This document shows, one piece after another, positions 26,426-34,127 of a stretch of 53,263 nt of DNA (position 1 is its first letter; every line of letters begins with the position of its first letter). A model generated the notes under the pieces. It was given only the letters and a program-made list of their open reading frames with translations, was not told the DNA's origin and ran no database searches. This DNA is from Bacteroidota bacterium (GTDB lineage: Bacteria > Bacteroidota > Bacteroidia > NS11-12g > UBA955). The stretch lies in the NCBI GenBank assembly GCA_046314695.1, contig JBKDBI010000464.1, positions 1-53,263 of the forward strand, in the 5' to 3' direction. The translations under genes were made by a program, and so were the position numbers.

Positions 26426-26860
26426 TCAGTTCGAGGCAGAGGGCAACGGCGAGGATGGGGCAGGGGGCGACGGCGGAACGGTAGTAGTCTCCGTTGATGA
26501 CGTAGGTGGCGTGGAAGAGGCCGCGTTGGTGTCCGAGAGGCGAGCACGCACCGACGTCAAGAAAGGTAGCAGGGAGGCACGGAGGTCGCGGGGTGTCTTG
26601 AGGACCGAGTAGTTGAGGATCGTTGATATGGCGGCGAGGTCTTCGGGACACAGGAGAGCCTTGTGGGTCTGAAGGAAGGCGACGTCGTCCATGAACGCGA
26701 GATAGGTGGGCAGGACGCTGGCGAGTTCGGCGAGGGAAGAACGGGTGAGGTGAATGGAGGAGTGCTGGGACTCGCCTTCGGGGGTGAAGCTGGAAAAGTG
26801 GCAGGCCAGCAAGGGGTTGGGGGAGGTGAAGGTGCTGACGAAGTGGGCGTTGAAGTTCAT
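26426..26860 (-). CDS. Hypothetical protein (144 aa)
   Basis: ATG 26860 (MNFNAHFVSTF) with an AAAGGA SD. The C-terminal part is uncertain because a second open frame (25605..26651) competes. Confidence 0.4.
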   Translation of the reverse strand: MNFNAHFVSTFTSPNPLLACHFSSFTPEGESQHSSIHLTRSSLAELASVLPTYLAFMDDVAFLQTHKALLCPEDLAAISTILNYSVLKTPRDLRASLLPFLTSVRARLSDTNAASSTPPTSSTETTTVPPSPPAPSSPLPSASN

Positions 26861-26994
26861 GGGCGGTCCTTTCGGCGGGTGTGGAACCACTCGCGGATGC
26901 GAGCGTCGAGGTCGGAGATGCGAGGGCCGATGTCGGATTTGGGTGTGTTGCTCATGCCACGATATATCGAACTCGCGGCGATATCGTGCATCGT

Positions 26995-27204
26995 TCAATT
27001 TCGTGGCGAAATCGACGCGACTCTCCTACACGCCCCCGCCGCCAACTCCAAGCACGTCGGACACAAGCCGCCGCCGTAGACCGTTTCCCGCTCGCACGCC
27101 TCGCACGGGCCGGGCTGGTTGCACTTGGCGCGGTCCGTGGCGGTTGCCCGCTCCTGACGGGCGAATGCGTCTAGTATCGCAGCGATGCGGGTGTAGACGG
27201 TCAT
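26995..27204 (-). CDS. Small Cys-rich protein (69 aa)
   Basis: ATGA overlap with the upstream stop. Contains CNQPGPCEAC...CPTC. Confidence 0.45.
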   Translation of the reverse strand: MTVYTRIAAILDAFARQERATATDRAKCNQPGPCEACERETVYGGGLCPTCLELAAGACRRVASISPRN

Positions 27205-27581
27205 TCGCCAGCCTCCTGCTTCGCCGCCAACGCTGCCAGAAGGTAGCGGTCGCGGGTTTCGTCGTTGGTGTCGGGGCACTTGGCAAGTACGCGGTACCCC
27301 CATTTCTCTTTCTTCACGGCTCGCCATTCAAGCCAGATGCCAGATGCGCACCCAGTTTCAACGAGACACGCCCTGACCCCCTCCGGCATCGCGGACGCGG
27401 CATCGTCGAGGGTGGGCGGGAAGGGGTGTGTTGCCTGTCCACGGCTCCATCCGCCATAGAGAAGACGACCCAGCCGATCCCGTTTTGTCCATTCGACGTT
27501 TGCAGGAGCGTCGGGATTGGTCTTTGGTGCGAACCACCCCGCCCGCTCTGCGTGCCAGTCGCAGAGTTGGGCCGTGGTCAT
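27201..27581 (-). CDS. Hypothetical protein (126 aa)
   Basis: ATG 27581 (MTTAQLCDWHAERAGWF). Confidence 0.45.
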   Translation of the reverse strand: MTTAQLCDWHAERAGWFAPKTNPDAPANVEWTKRDRLGRLLYGGWSRGQATHPFPPTLDDAASAMPEGVRACLVETGCASGIWLEWRAVKKEKWGYRVLAKCPDTNDETRDRYLLAALAAKQEAGE

Positions 27582-27595
27582 GGTGTGGAGGTTCT

Positions 27596-27769
27596 TCACT
27601 TCTTCCCCTCCTTCCGCCCCGCCCTGCGACCGGCGAGGTAGCCCGCGAGGTAGCCGTCCTTGTACTCTTCCTCGTGGGTCGGCAACAGGCCCACCATGTT
27701 GTTCCACTTTTTCGCGGCCTTGTCTCTGATCTGCTTCGACGTGAGCGGCTTGGGGTGCTTCTTCTTCAT
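27596..27769 (-). CDS. Small Lys-rich protein (57 aa; not in the ORF track)
   Basis: ATG 27769 overlaps the upstream TGA (ATGA). MKKKHPKPLTSKQIRDKAAKKWNN... Confidence 0.4.
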   Translation of the reverse strand: MKKKHPKPLTSKQIRDKAAKKWNNMVGLLPTHEEEYKDGYLAGYLAGRRAGRKEGKK

Positions 27770-27945
27770 GCCTTCTCCTTATGCTCTTTCCAGCGGGTGT
27801 ACGGGTCTAAGTTCTTTGGTCGGTTACTCTCATTCCATACTAAACAACAGTCACGGCAGGCGCAAAGCGAAGAAGGCGGATCTCTCCAATAGGCAACGAT
27901 GATCTTGACCGACCGGCACTGCGGGCACGTCATGCGGTCGGTCAT
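27766..27945 (-). CDS. Small Zn-ribbon-like protein (59 aa; not in the ORF track)
   Basis: ATG 27945 overlaps the upstream TGA (ATGA). MTDRMTCPQCRS...CACRDCC. Confidence 0.45.
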   Translation of the reverse strand: MTDRMTCPQCRSVKIIVAYWRDPPSSLCACRDCCLVWNESNRPKNLDPYTRWKEHKEKA

Positions 27946-28289
27946 GCCTTCTCCTCTCTTGCCGCCTCGGCGGCTTCGCGGGTGGAGTAGCAGTCGGACA
28001 CGGGGCAGTAGAAGAACTTCTCCCCCTCTTCAATCTCGATTGAGAACCCATCTTCGGGGTGTTCGATGAAACACTCACTCGGCTTGGCGTGCTTCGGGTG
28101 CCAGACCTTCATGCCGAGCCGTGCGAACTTCCCGTCCCTCGTGATCTGGCCCGCCGCCTTCGCGTCGGCCTCGATCTGGCGTAGGCGGGTGAGTTCCGCG
28201 ATGGCACGGTCGCGGATGAACCCCGCGCTCGTAACGTTTCGCCCGAGCAGCATCCGCAGTTCCTCGATCAGATCGGGTAGTTTGTTCAC
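27942..28289 (-). CDS. Hypothetical protein (115 aa)
   Basis: GTG 28289 overlaps the upstream TGA (GTGA). Confidence 0.5.
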   Translation of the reverse strand: MNKLPDLIEELRMLLGRNVTSAGFIRDRAIAELTRLRQIEADAKAAGQITRDGKFARLGMKVWHPKHAKPSECFIEHPEDGFSIEIEEGEKFFYCPVSDCYSTREAAEAAREEKA

Positions 28290-28717
28290 TTGCTGTTCTC
28301 CTGTGCCCTTGCCGCTTCGATCGCGGCGCGGGCGGTGGGGTTGGCGTTCACGGCGTCAATATCCGAATAGCCCATGCGGTTCACGTCCTCGACATCGTGC
28401 CGCTTTCGCCAAGTGTGGCATTCCTTCGCCAACACCCTCACGGCCTCGCGGAGTTCGGTGATCTGGGTTCGCATCTCGTCGGCGGTGCGATAGGCAGACA
28501 GCACAAGGCTGTGGCCGACAAACTGCCGAAGCGGTGCAATCTCCGCCTCCAACTTCCTGATCCTCGCGTTCGCGGCTTCGAGCGGGGCGGCGAGGGCTGA
28601 GATGACGCCAGTATCGACGAGTAGGCCGCCGCTTTCTGCGCCGTTCGTCCAATCCAGCCGCCGGAAATCAACCATGATCGCGTCCATCTGTTCGTACTCG
28701 GGGGTGGGGTCGGTCAT
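28286..28717 (-). CDS. Hypothetical protein (143 aa)
   Basis: AAGGAG lies 7 nt before ATG 28717. Confidence 0.55.
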   Translation of the reverse strand: MTDPTPEYEQMDAIMVDFRRLDWTNGAESGGLLVDTGVISALAAPLEAANARIRKLEAEIAPLRQFVGHSLVLSAYRTADEMRTQITELREAVRVLAKECHTWRKRHDVEDVNRMGYSDIDAVNANPTARAAIEAARAQENSK

Positions 28718-28738
28718 TGCGGGGCTCCTTGCGGGGGG

Positions 28739-29191
28739 CTAGAGGTCGGCGTTGGTGGTGTTGAGGGCAGAGGCGATACAGGCGGCGCGGAAGGTCGCGG
28801 CGTCCTTGTTGCTTGCGCGCGCAGAAGCGACGCACTTGTCGCCAGCGGTGAAGATGTCACAGATCCAGTTTGCGCATTCTGCGTGTGCTAATCCGATGTA
28901 GTATTTCTGGGGGGTGCCGACTGGTTGGGCTTTGATGCAGAGGGCACGGAGTTCGCGTTGCTTTTCAGCGGCGAGCACGGCCCATGCCGAGGCTGCGGTG
29001 GAGTAGAGGCGGGACATGGCGTAGCGGGTGGTGGTGGCGTGGGAGATCATCCAGTCACCGCTGGGTTGGGTGATGATGTCCCAGAACGTGATCTTGCGGA
29101 CCTCGTCTTTGTCGATGTAGAAGAGGGGGTCGCTGGGGGAGAGGGAGGAGAGTTTGGTGCCGCAGGCGAGGGTGACTTCGGAGAGTTTCAT
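28739..29191 (-). CDS. Hypothetical protein (150 aa)
   Basis: ATG 29191 is preceded by CCCCCCAAGGCC, which is the motif lacking ACTC. Confidence 0.5.
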   Translation of the reverse strand: MKLSEVTLACGTKLSSLSPSDPLFYIDKDEVRKITFWDIITQPSGDWMISHATTTRYAMSRLYSTAASAWAVLAAEKQRELRALCIKAQPVGTPQKYYIGLAHAECANWICDIFTAGDKCVASARASNKDAATFRAACIASALNTTNADL

Positions 29192-29472
29192 GGGTGGGCC
29201 TTGGGGGGAGGGAGGGAGAAGCGGCGGGTGGGCGTTTGGGGACCGAGCGAGACGGAGAAGGCGGACATGCGAGCGAGCCAGTTGGTCAGGGCGTGGAGGT
29301 GGCGGAGTTCGGCTCGGGTGGGTGGTTGGGGTTTGATGGAGCGGGAGCGGTATTCGAGGGAGTAGGAGGAGTGGAGGAGCTGGAGTCCAGCGATGACTGA
29401 GGAAGTGAGGACGGGGCAGCGAGGGTGGGAGAAGTAGTGGACTCGGGGCTTTCGTCGGGCTGGGCTGGGCAT
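29188..29472 (-). CDS. Hypothetical ORF (94 aa), competes with 29286..29648
   Basis: Two open frames overlap in this stop-poor strand. I cannot tell which parts are translated. Confidence 0.3.
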   Translation of the reverse strand: MPSPARRKPRVHYFSHPRCPVLTSSVIAGLQLLHSSYSLEYRSRSIKPQPPTRAELRHLHALTNWLARMSAFSVSLGPQTPTRRFSLPPPKAHP

Positions 29473-29648
29473 GTGTCCTCGCTGGAGAGGAAGGTGAGAT
29501 AGCGAAGAACGTCGCTCAGGTCACGAGATTGAGCGGACGTGGGCATCGAATCAGGGTCGGGCAAGATGGATACGAGCCAACCGATCTTGCGCCGGAGCTT
29601 CTGGGTGAGACGGGGCCGGTAGTTGTGTGGAGTAGGTGGGATGAGCAT
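29286..29648 (-). CDS. Hypothetical ORF (120 aa), low-complexity C-terminus
   Basis: The N-terminal 60 aa look protein-like. The remainder is Ser/Pro/Thr-rich. Confidence 0.3.
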   Translation of the reverse strand: MLIPPTPHNYRPRLTQKLRRKIGWLVSILPDPDSMPTSAQSRDLSDVLRYLTFLSSEDTCPAQPDESPESTTSPTLAAPSSLPQSSLDSSSSTPPTPSNTAPAPSNPNHPPEPNSATSTP

Positions 29649-29674
29649 AGGTGGGTGGGGGTCAGATGTAGTGC

Positions 29675-29998
29675 TCAGCGTGAGAGGATGTCGGCAGCGA
29701 GGCGACGCATGTCGATGAGGATGCGGCGGTCGTAGGTGGTGGGGCAGGTGGTGGGGCGGAAGGAGAGGGAGTGGGCGGAGCGGAGCGAACGATAGGACTT
29801 CAGGAGGGAGGACGAGAAGCGGAGGCGATCGGGAGGCAAGGTGCGGATGGAGCGGGTGTAGCCCTTGACACGGGACCTGCTGAGGAAGGAGGTGGCACGG
29901 GAGACATCATCGCGGAGTTGGTCGGACAGGGTGCGTAGGTCGGAGAGCGAGTAGCGGGGCTTGACGGGCTTACGGGTGGGGGTGGGGGTGCGTGGCAC
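29675..29998 (-). CDS. Hypothetical Arg/Ser-rich protein (107 aa)
   Basis: GTG 29998 lies 3 nt after the stop of the 55-aa ORF. Confidence 0.4.
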   Translation of the reverse strand: MPRTPTPTRKPVKPRYSLSDLRTLSDQLRDDVSRATSFLSRSRVKGYTRSIRTLPPDRLRFSSSLLKSYRSLRSAHSLSFRPTTCPTTYDRRILIDMRRLAADILSR

Positions 29999-30001
29999 GG
30001 G

Positions 30002-30169
30002 TTACTCCGGGGTGAGGGATTCGCGGGCGGTGAGTTCCGCCTTGAACTGGCGGAAGGGGATGGCTTTGAGGACGTGGAACTTGCGGGTGGTGCGATAGTC
30101 GCCAGCGTTAGCTTTGACCCTGACTGAGACAAGTTTGTTCTGGCGGGGTGAGCGTCTTGTCTTACCCAT
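30002..30169 (-). CDS. Small basic protein (55 aa; not in the ORF track)
   Basis: ATG 30169 lies 6 nt after motif copy 30176. MGKTRRSPRQNKLVSVRVKANAGDYRTTRKF... Confidence 0.45.
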   Translation of the reverse strand: MGKTRRSPRQNKLVSVRVKANAGDYRTTRKFHVLKAIPFRQFKAELTARESLTPE

Positions 30170-30175
30170 GTGAAT

Positions 30176-30190
30176 CGCCTTGAGTGGGGG
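30176..30190 (-). repeat. Signature motif copy (CCCCCACTCAAGGCG)
   Basis: CCCCCACTCAAGGCG-attcac-ATG(30169), directly after the stop of 30191..30430. Confidence 0.9.
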
Positions 30191-30430
30191 TTAGCCGACG
30201 GAGTTGATGCGGAAGGAACCGTGTATGACGTAGGGGGTTTGCCGCATGATGTATTCGCTGAGGTCGGGGGAGACGCATCGCAGATCTCCAGCGAGGTCAA
30301 TGAGTGCAACGCCGGACACCATGACGACGTAGGGGCTGCCTTCGACGGTGACGACGGTGTTGGGCGGGAGTTCGCTGACCTTGCGCTTGTGGGGAGAGGT
30401 GGGCCAATGGTCGGTACAGACGATGTGCAT
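30191..30430 (-). CDS. Hypothetical protein (79 aa)
   Basis: ATG 30430 lies 8 nt after variant motif 30439. Confidence 0.5.
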   Translation of the reverse strand: MHIVCTDHWPTSPHKRKVSELPPNTVVTVEGSPYVVMVSGVALIDLAGDLRCVSPDLSEYIMRQTPYVIHGSFRINSVG

Positions 30431-30437
30431 GGGTTAG

Positions 30438-30671
30438 TTACCTTGAGTGAGGGGTGGATGCGAGGAGGGCACGAGCACGAACATAGAGGCAAGTGGGCTC
30501 GTGCTCTACGGTTATACCTGTGATATAGCCAAAATGCACCTTGGCCCGGCAGAAGAAGCACTCGTGACCTTCTACGTTCCCGTAGCGAGTAACTGGTACC
30601 ATCCAGTCATCCATCTCGGCGAGTTCACGAAAGAGGGAGAAGGGCGTATCGGGAGCAGGCTTGTCGCTCAT
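30438..30671 (-). CDS. Hypothetical protein (77 aa) with a CFFC motif
   Basis: ATG 30671 (MSDKPAPD) lies 7 nt after motif 30679. Its stop TAA lies inside variant motif 30439. Confidence 0.5.
   Translation of the reverse strand: MSDKPAPDTPFSLFRELAEMDDWMVPVTRYGNVEGHECFFCRAKVHFGYITGITVEHEPTCLYVRARALLASTPHSR
30439..30454 (-). repeat. Signature motif variant (CCCCTCACTCAAGGTA)
   Basis: Two substitutions relative to the consensus. AAGGTAA contains the upstream stop codon, and ATG 30430 follows 8 nt later. Confidence 0.8.
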
Positions 30672-31336
30672 TGTGAAGCACCTTGAGTGGGGGGTGGGCC
30701 GGGTGGGACGATGGTGGGTGTGGAGATGGCGGGTGGTGAGCCGGAGAGGTGGGTGGAGAGGAGGGAGAGGTGGGAGAAGGCGGTGGACTTGCGCTCGGGG
30801 CGGAGGAGGATCTCGGCGGGGTCGAGCGTAGCGAAACGTTGGATGGAGAAGGGGGTGGAGGGGAGCGGGAAGACGGAGCCTTGAGTGGAGAAGGCTTCGG
30901 CTTGGGAGCAAGGAGAGTGGAGGAGAGAGTGGAGGGAGCGGACGGCTGGCGCGCCGATGCAGAGGATGGGGGTGGGGGTGGGGGGAAGGTGAGGGAGAAG
31001 GGAGAGGAGGGTGGGGAGGAGGTGGGTTCGAGAGCAGGTGGTGTAGAAGGCGGGCTTCACGCGGGAGGGGGCGGTGACGACGCAGCGGAGGATGGGGATG
31101 AAGATGGGTGAGATGGGGGGAAGGAGGGGAATGAAGGCGGAGGAGACGAGACGGTAGGTGCGAGAGGCGAGGATGGAGCCGGAGCGAGAATCGGTCGAGG
31201 GGGCGGGGAGCAGGATGATGAGAGGGGGGTGAGTGAGGGAGGAGGGGAGGATGGGAGGGACGGGATTGAAGAGGGCGGTCTCGTGCTGGGGACAGGAGGT
31301 GCAGGGTGCGATAGGCAGGGGAGTGGGCTCACGCAT
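30668..31336 (-). CDS. Possible divergent UDG-superfamily (family 4-like) protein
   Basis: ATG 31336 overlaps the upstream stop by 8 nt. LIILLPAPSTDSRSGSILASRTYRL, ILRCVV..P, TTCSRTHLL, ILCIGAPAV and STHLSGSP line up by eye with the family 4 UDG layout, but the GE(A/G)PG motif is not conserved. Confidence 0.3.
   Translation of the reverse strand: MREPTPLPIAPCTSCPQHETALFNPVPPILPSSLTHPPLIILLPAPSTDSRSGSILASRTYRLVSSAFIPLLPPISPIFIPILRCVVTAPSRVKPAFYTTCSRTHLLPTLLSLLPHLPPTPTPILCIGAPAVRSLHSLLHSPCSQAEAFSTQGSVFPLPSTPFSIQRFATLDPAEILLRPERKSTAFSHLSLLSTHLSGSPPAISTPTIVPPGPPPTQGASQ
30679..30694 (-). repeat. Signature motif copy (minus strand)
   Basis: Perfect copy, read as PPTQG in the last codons of 30668..31336. 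ATG 30671 follows 7 nt later. Confidence 0.95.
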
Positions 31337-31568
31337 GGGTGATCTCGAAGCGACGGTCGAGTTCAAAGCGGAGGGAGAGGTATTCGTCACGGCTGAGAGA
31401 GATGTAACTTTCCTGCTTTATGAGAGGGGTGTCGAAGCCGCCGATCTCAATCTGTACCCAGACACGGTAGGAACAGGCGGTGTTGGGAGGACAGGGTTCG
31501 ATGAGGATCTCACGAGAAGCGTGGGTGATGCCGGTGACGGACTTGTTGATGTGTACGATTTCACGCAT
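31329..31568 (-). CDS. Hypothetical protein (79 aa)
   Basis: AAGGAG lies 6 nt before ATG 31568. MREIVHINKSVTGITHASREILIEPCPPNTAC... Confidence 0.55.
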   Translation of the reverse strand: MREIVHINKSVTGITHASREILIEPCPPNTACSYRVWVQIEIGGFDTPLIKQESYISLSRDEYLSLRFELDRRFEITHA

Positions 31569-31578
31569 GGTGTGCTCC

Positions 31579-32556
31579 TTAGGAGGGGAGGTCGGTGGGG
31601 ATTTGGGGGAGGGGACCGCCACGGGTGCGTTCGAGGAAGCCGTGGGGGTTGGAGGCGTCCTCCTCCGTGCGGGAGAGGATGCTGGGACGAGACTGGAGGT
31701 TGTGTGCCGGGTTGGCACGGGACATTGCGGCTTCGATGGAGGGGGTGATGCGGACGGCCCGCACTTCACTAAGGTAGTGCTCGGTGTTGGGGTCGTGGGG
31801 GATGGTGTCACGGCGAGCGGGTGGGGTGGGCGGGGTGACAGTGACTGGAGAGCGTAGTGTGTCTTGGTCGGCTTCTTCGTGGAGCCAGCAGGCAGGCGGG
31901 GTGTGGAAGGAGCGTTGAGCGTAAGTGATGACAGGGAAGCCGGTGAAGCGGCGACGGATATTGTCGAGCATCAAGCAGGCGAGAGCGGTGTTGCCGTAGA
32001 GGGTGGTGGGCACGCCGCATGAGCCGGGCTCGGGAGGGACGGCGGAATCGGGGAAGTGAGCGGAGAGGTAGGAGGCGTAGGAGGGGGCGTCGAAGATGGA
32101 GCGGAGGACGTAGTCGATGGCGCGGACACGGGGGGAGAGGTAGAGGTAGGGATCTGGACGATTTTCCAAGTGGGGGATGAGCTTGGAGGCGATGAAGGCG
32201 TCGGTGTCGCGTGAGTCTACGCAGGAGCAGACGATGGGGGTACAGGAGCGGAGGTCGTGGGCGGCGGACCAGCGACGGGCGTGGTAGGTGATGGAGATGG
32301 AGGGACGGGCGATGCGGAGTTCGGAAGCGAGAGCTTCGACCTTGAGGAGGCCGAGCTGGGCAGCGGACCAGCCTTGGGGGCCGAGGTTGTGCGGCTCGAT
32401 GGTGTCGAAGTCGATGAGGGTGAGGTGTGTGAAGCCGGTGTAGGCGAGTTGGCGGGCGAAGGCTGCGCCGGTGCCGCCGCAACCGATGATGGTGACGGGG
32501 AGGGAACGGATGGAGGGAGGGAGGAGGGCGGCGAAGCGGGTGTCGTCGATGGTCAT
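31579..32556 (-). CDS. ThiF/MoeB/E1-like adenylyltransferase
   Basis: ATG 32556 overlaps the JAB gene stop (ATGA). VTIIGCGGTGAAFARQLAYTGFTHLTLIDFDTIEPHNLGPQ ... KVEALASELRIARPS ... IVCSCVDS is the classical E1/ThiF Rossmann signature. About 130 aa of unassigned C-terminal sequence. Confidence 0.75.
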   Translation of the reverse strand: MTIDDTRFAALLPPSIRSLPVTIIGCGGTGAAFARQLAYTGFTHLTLIDFDTIEPHNLGPQGWSAAQLGLLKVEALASELRIARPSISITYHARRWSAAHDLRSCTPIVCSCVDSRDTDAFIASKLIPHLENRPDPYLYLSPRVRAIDYVLRSIFDAPSYASYLSAHFPDSAVPPEPGSCGVPTTLYGNTALACLMLDNIRRRFTGFPVITYAQRSFHTPPACWLHEEADQDTLRSPVTVTPPTPPARRDTIPHDPNTEHYLSEVRAVRITPSIEAAMSRANPAHNLQSRPSILSRTEEDASNPHGFLERTRGGPLPQIPTDLPS

Positions 32557-34127
32557 GAGTACAACTCCTGCTGGGTGGTGGTCTTGAGGGCGGTGAGGGA
32601 AGTGACGAGTTCGTCGAAGACTTCTGTGAATGCAGTGTCGAGAGCGTCGGACTCTGAGAAGGTACTGTGCTCGCAGATGTGGGACCAAGCGAGTTCGTAG
32701 CGAAGGAGGCAGCCGACGGCGAGGATGGATTGGTCGGGGTTGAGAGTGAGGAGGAGGGTGTTGATGCGGGACACGTCGGAGGGGGTCCACTCCCACTCGT
32801 CACGGGCAGCAGACCACGAGATGCGGAATGCGCCGGTGGATTCGTCGTACTGGAAGACGCGGGAGTCGGCGATGAAATCCTTGATGTCGGAGACGGAGAT
32901 GGGAGAGGAGTGGGGTCGCCACTCGATGGCGTAGAAGGCTTCGTACCAAGTGTCCTCGGGGTTGGTGGGGTTGAGGCTGGGGTTGAAGATGGGGAGCAGG
33001 GTGGGGAAGGTGGAGGGGGTGAGCATGGCACGCCACTTAGAGAAGGAGGTGGCACGCTTGTACTGGACGAGGGGGCCAGAGTCAGATTGAGACTTGGATT
33101 GAGCGAAGTAGGGGGTGAGGGAGGAGGCGAGCCATGTGGCAACAGGGGTGAGGAGGGTGCCCATGAAGGACTGCATGTTGCCGATGAAGTCGTGCCACGC
33201 TTTGCGGATGACGGGGGCAGCGTCGGGGTGAACGAGGTAGGGGAAGGATTCGGAGTCGGGAATGAGCCACGACTGGTTGACAGCTTCGGAGAGGGGGATG
33301 TAGCCGAGGGAGCGGGCGTGCTGAGAGGTGACGGATTGGAAGGGAGGGTGAACGAAGGAGGAGAGCTGGGCGTAGAGGGAACGCTTGAGGGCTTCGTTCT
33401 TGGATTCGGACTGGGTGTGCCAGTTGGTGGTGAGGTTGTGGGAGTAGATGGTGGCGGGAGTGATGGTGGGTGCGCCGGGATTGGCGGCGAGGGCGGACTG
33501 GAGGAAAGCGAGACGATCGGCGGGGGAGAGGGGGAAGGGTGTGCCATCTTCGAGGAAGGCACGGAAGGGGCAGTAGTAGAGGAGCTTGGCCGGGCCGTCG
33601 TAGACGGGAGGGGAGGAGGCGAGAGCGGGGAAGCCGGGGATGACGGCGGGGCCAAGGGGATAGCGGACGCGGAGAGAGAACTCGGGGAAGGCGGTGGGTG
33701 AGGTGGGGCGACCGAAGATGAGCATCATGGCGAAGGGGCCAGTCGATTGGACGGTGCGCCAGTTGGAGTCGTCGCCGCCGGAGGGGGTGGCGGACTCGCC
33801 GGGGTGGGTGTGGAAGATGAGGTTGGTGCAGCAGGGGAGTGCGTTGGGGGAGGTGTCGAAGACGGAGAGCGAGTCGGTGGGGTCGATCTCGAAGGAGGCT
33901 GCGGTGGATTGTTGGCGGGGGACGAAAATGTCGATGATCTTGAAGGGATCGGCGGGGTCGGGTATGAGGAGAGCGGCGGTCTCGCGGGTGCGGAGCGGGT
34001 TGGGCTCGTCGTTGGAGATGGAGGGAGCAAGGGCGAGCAGGTGGAGTTTGAGGTAGGCGAGAGCGGAGAGGGTGACGGTGGGCTGGACGGTGGGATGGTC
34101 AGACGACGGCGGCTTGCGATTCGACAT
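32553..34127 (-). CDS. JAB/MPN+ (JAMM) metalloprotease domain protein with a large unassigned C-terminal region (524 aa)
   Basis: ATG 34127 (MSNRKPPSS). RETAALLIPD ... NLIFHTHPGESATPSGGDDSNW gives a complete E...HxHx7Sx2D signature. Confidence 0.7.
   Translation of the reverse strand: MSNRKPPSSDHPTVQPTVTLSALAYLKLHLLALAPSISNDEPNPLRTRETAALLIPDPADPFKIIDIFVPRQQSTAASFEIDPTDSLSVFDTSPNALPCCTNLIFHTHPGESATPSGGDDSNWRTVQSTGPFAMMLIFGRPTSPTAFPEFSLRVRYPLGPAVIPGFPALASSPPVYDGPAKLLYYCPFRAFLEDGTPFPLSPADRLAFLQSALAANPGAPTITPATIYSHNLTTNWHTQSESKNEALKRSLYAQLSSFVHPPFQSVTSQHARSLGYIPLSEAVNQSWLIPDSESFPYLVHPDAAPVIRKAWHDFIGNMQSFMGTLLTPVATWLASSLTPYFAQSKSQSDSGPLVQYKRATSFSKWRAMLTPSTFPTLLPIFNPSLNPTNPEDTWYEAFYAIEWRPHSSPISVSDIKDFIADSRVFQYDESTGAFRISWSAARDEWEWTPSDVSRINTLLLTLNPDQSILAVGCLLRYELAWSHICEHSTFSESDALDTAFTEVFDELVTSLTALKTTTQQELYS

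Noticed and set aside
24274-26547. The polymerase starting at the track's first start codon (26547)
   Set aside because: The first 54 residues are Arg/Pro-rich and junk-like. MVLSIDCETS at ATG 26385 reproduces the position of the ExoI motif at the extreme N-terminus, as in T7-type polymerases.
31808-33655. A 615-aa minus-strand ORF, with similar long Pro/Ser/Arg-rich ORFs at 34323..35498, 24834..25598 and 25605..26651
   Set aside because: These are alternative frames of the stop-poor pyrimidine-rich strand. They overlap genes with clear catalytic motifs (E1, JAB, polymerase). Their products are low-complexity and have no start context.
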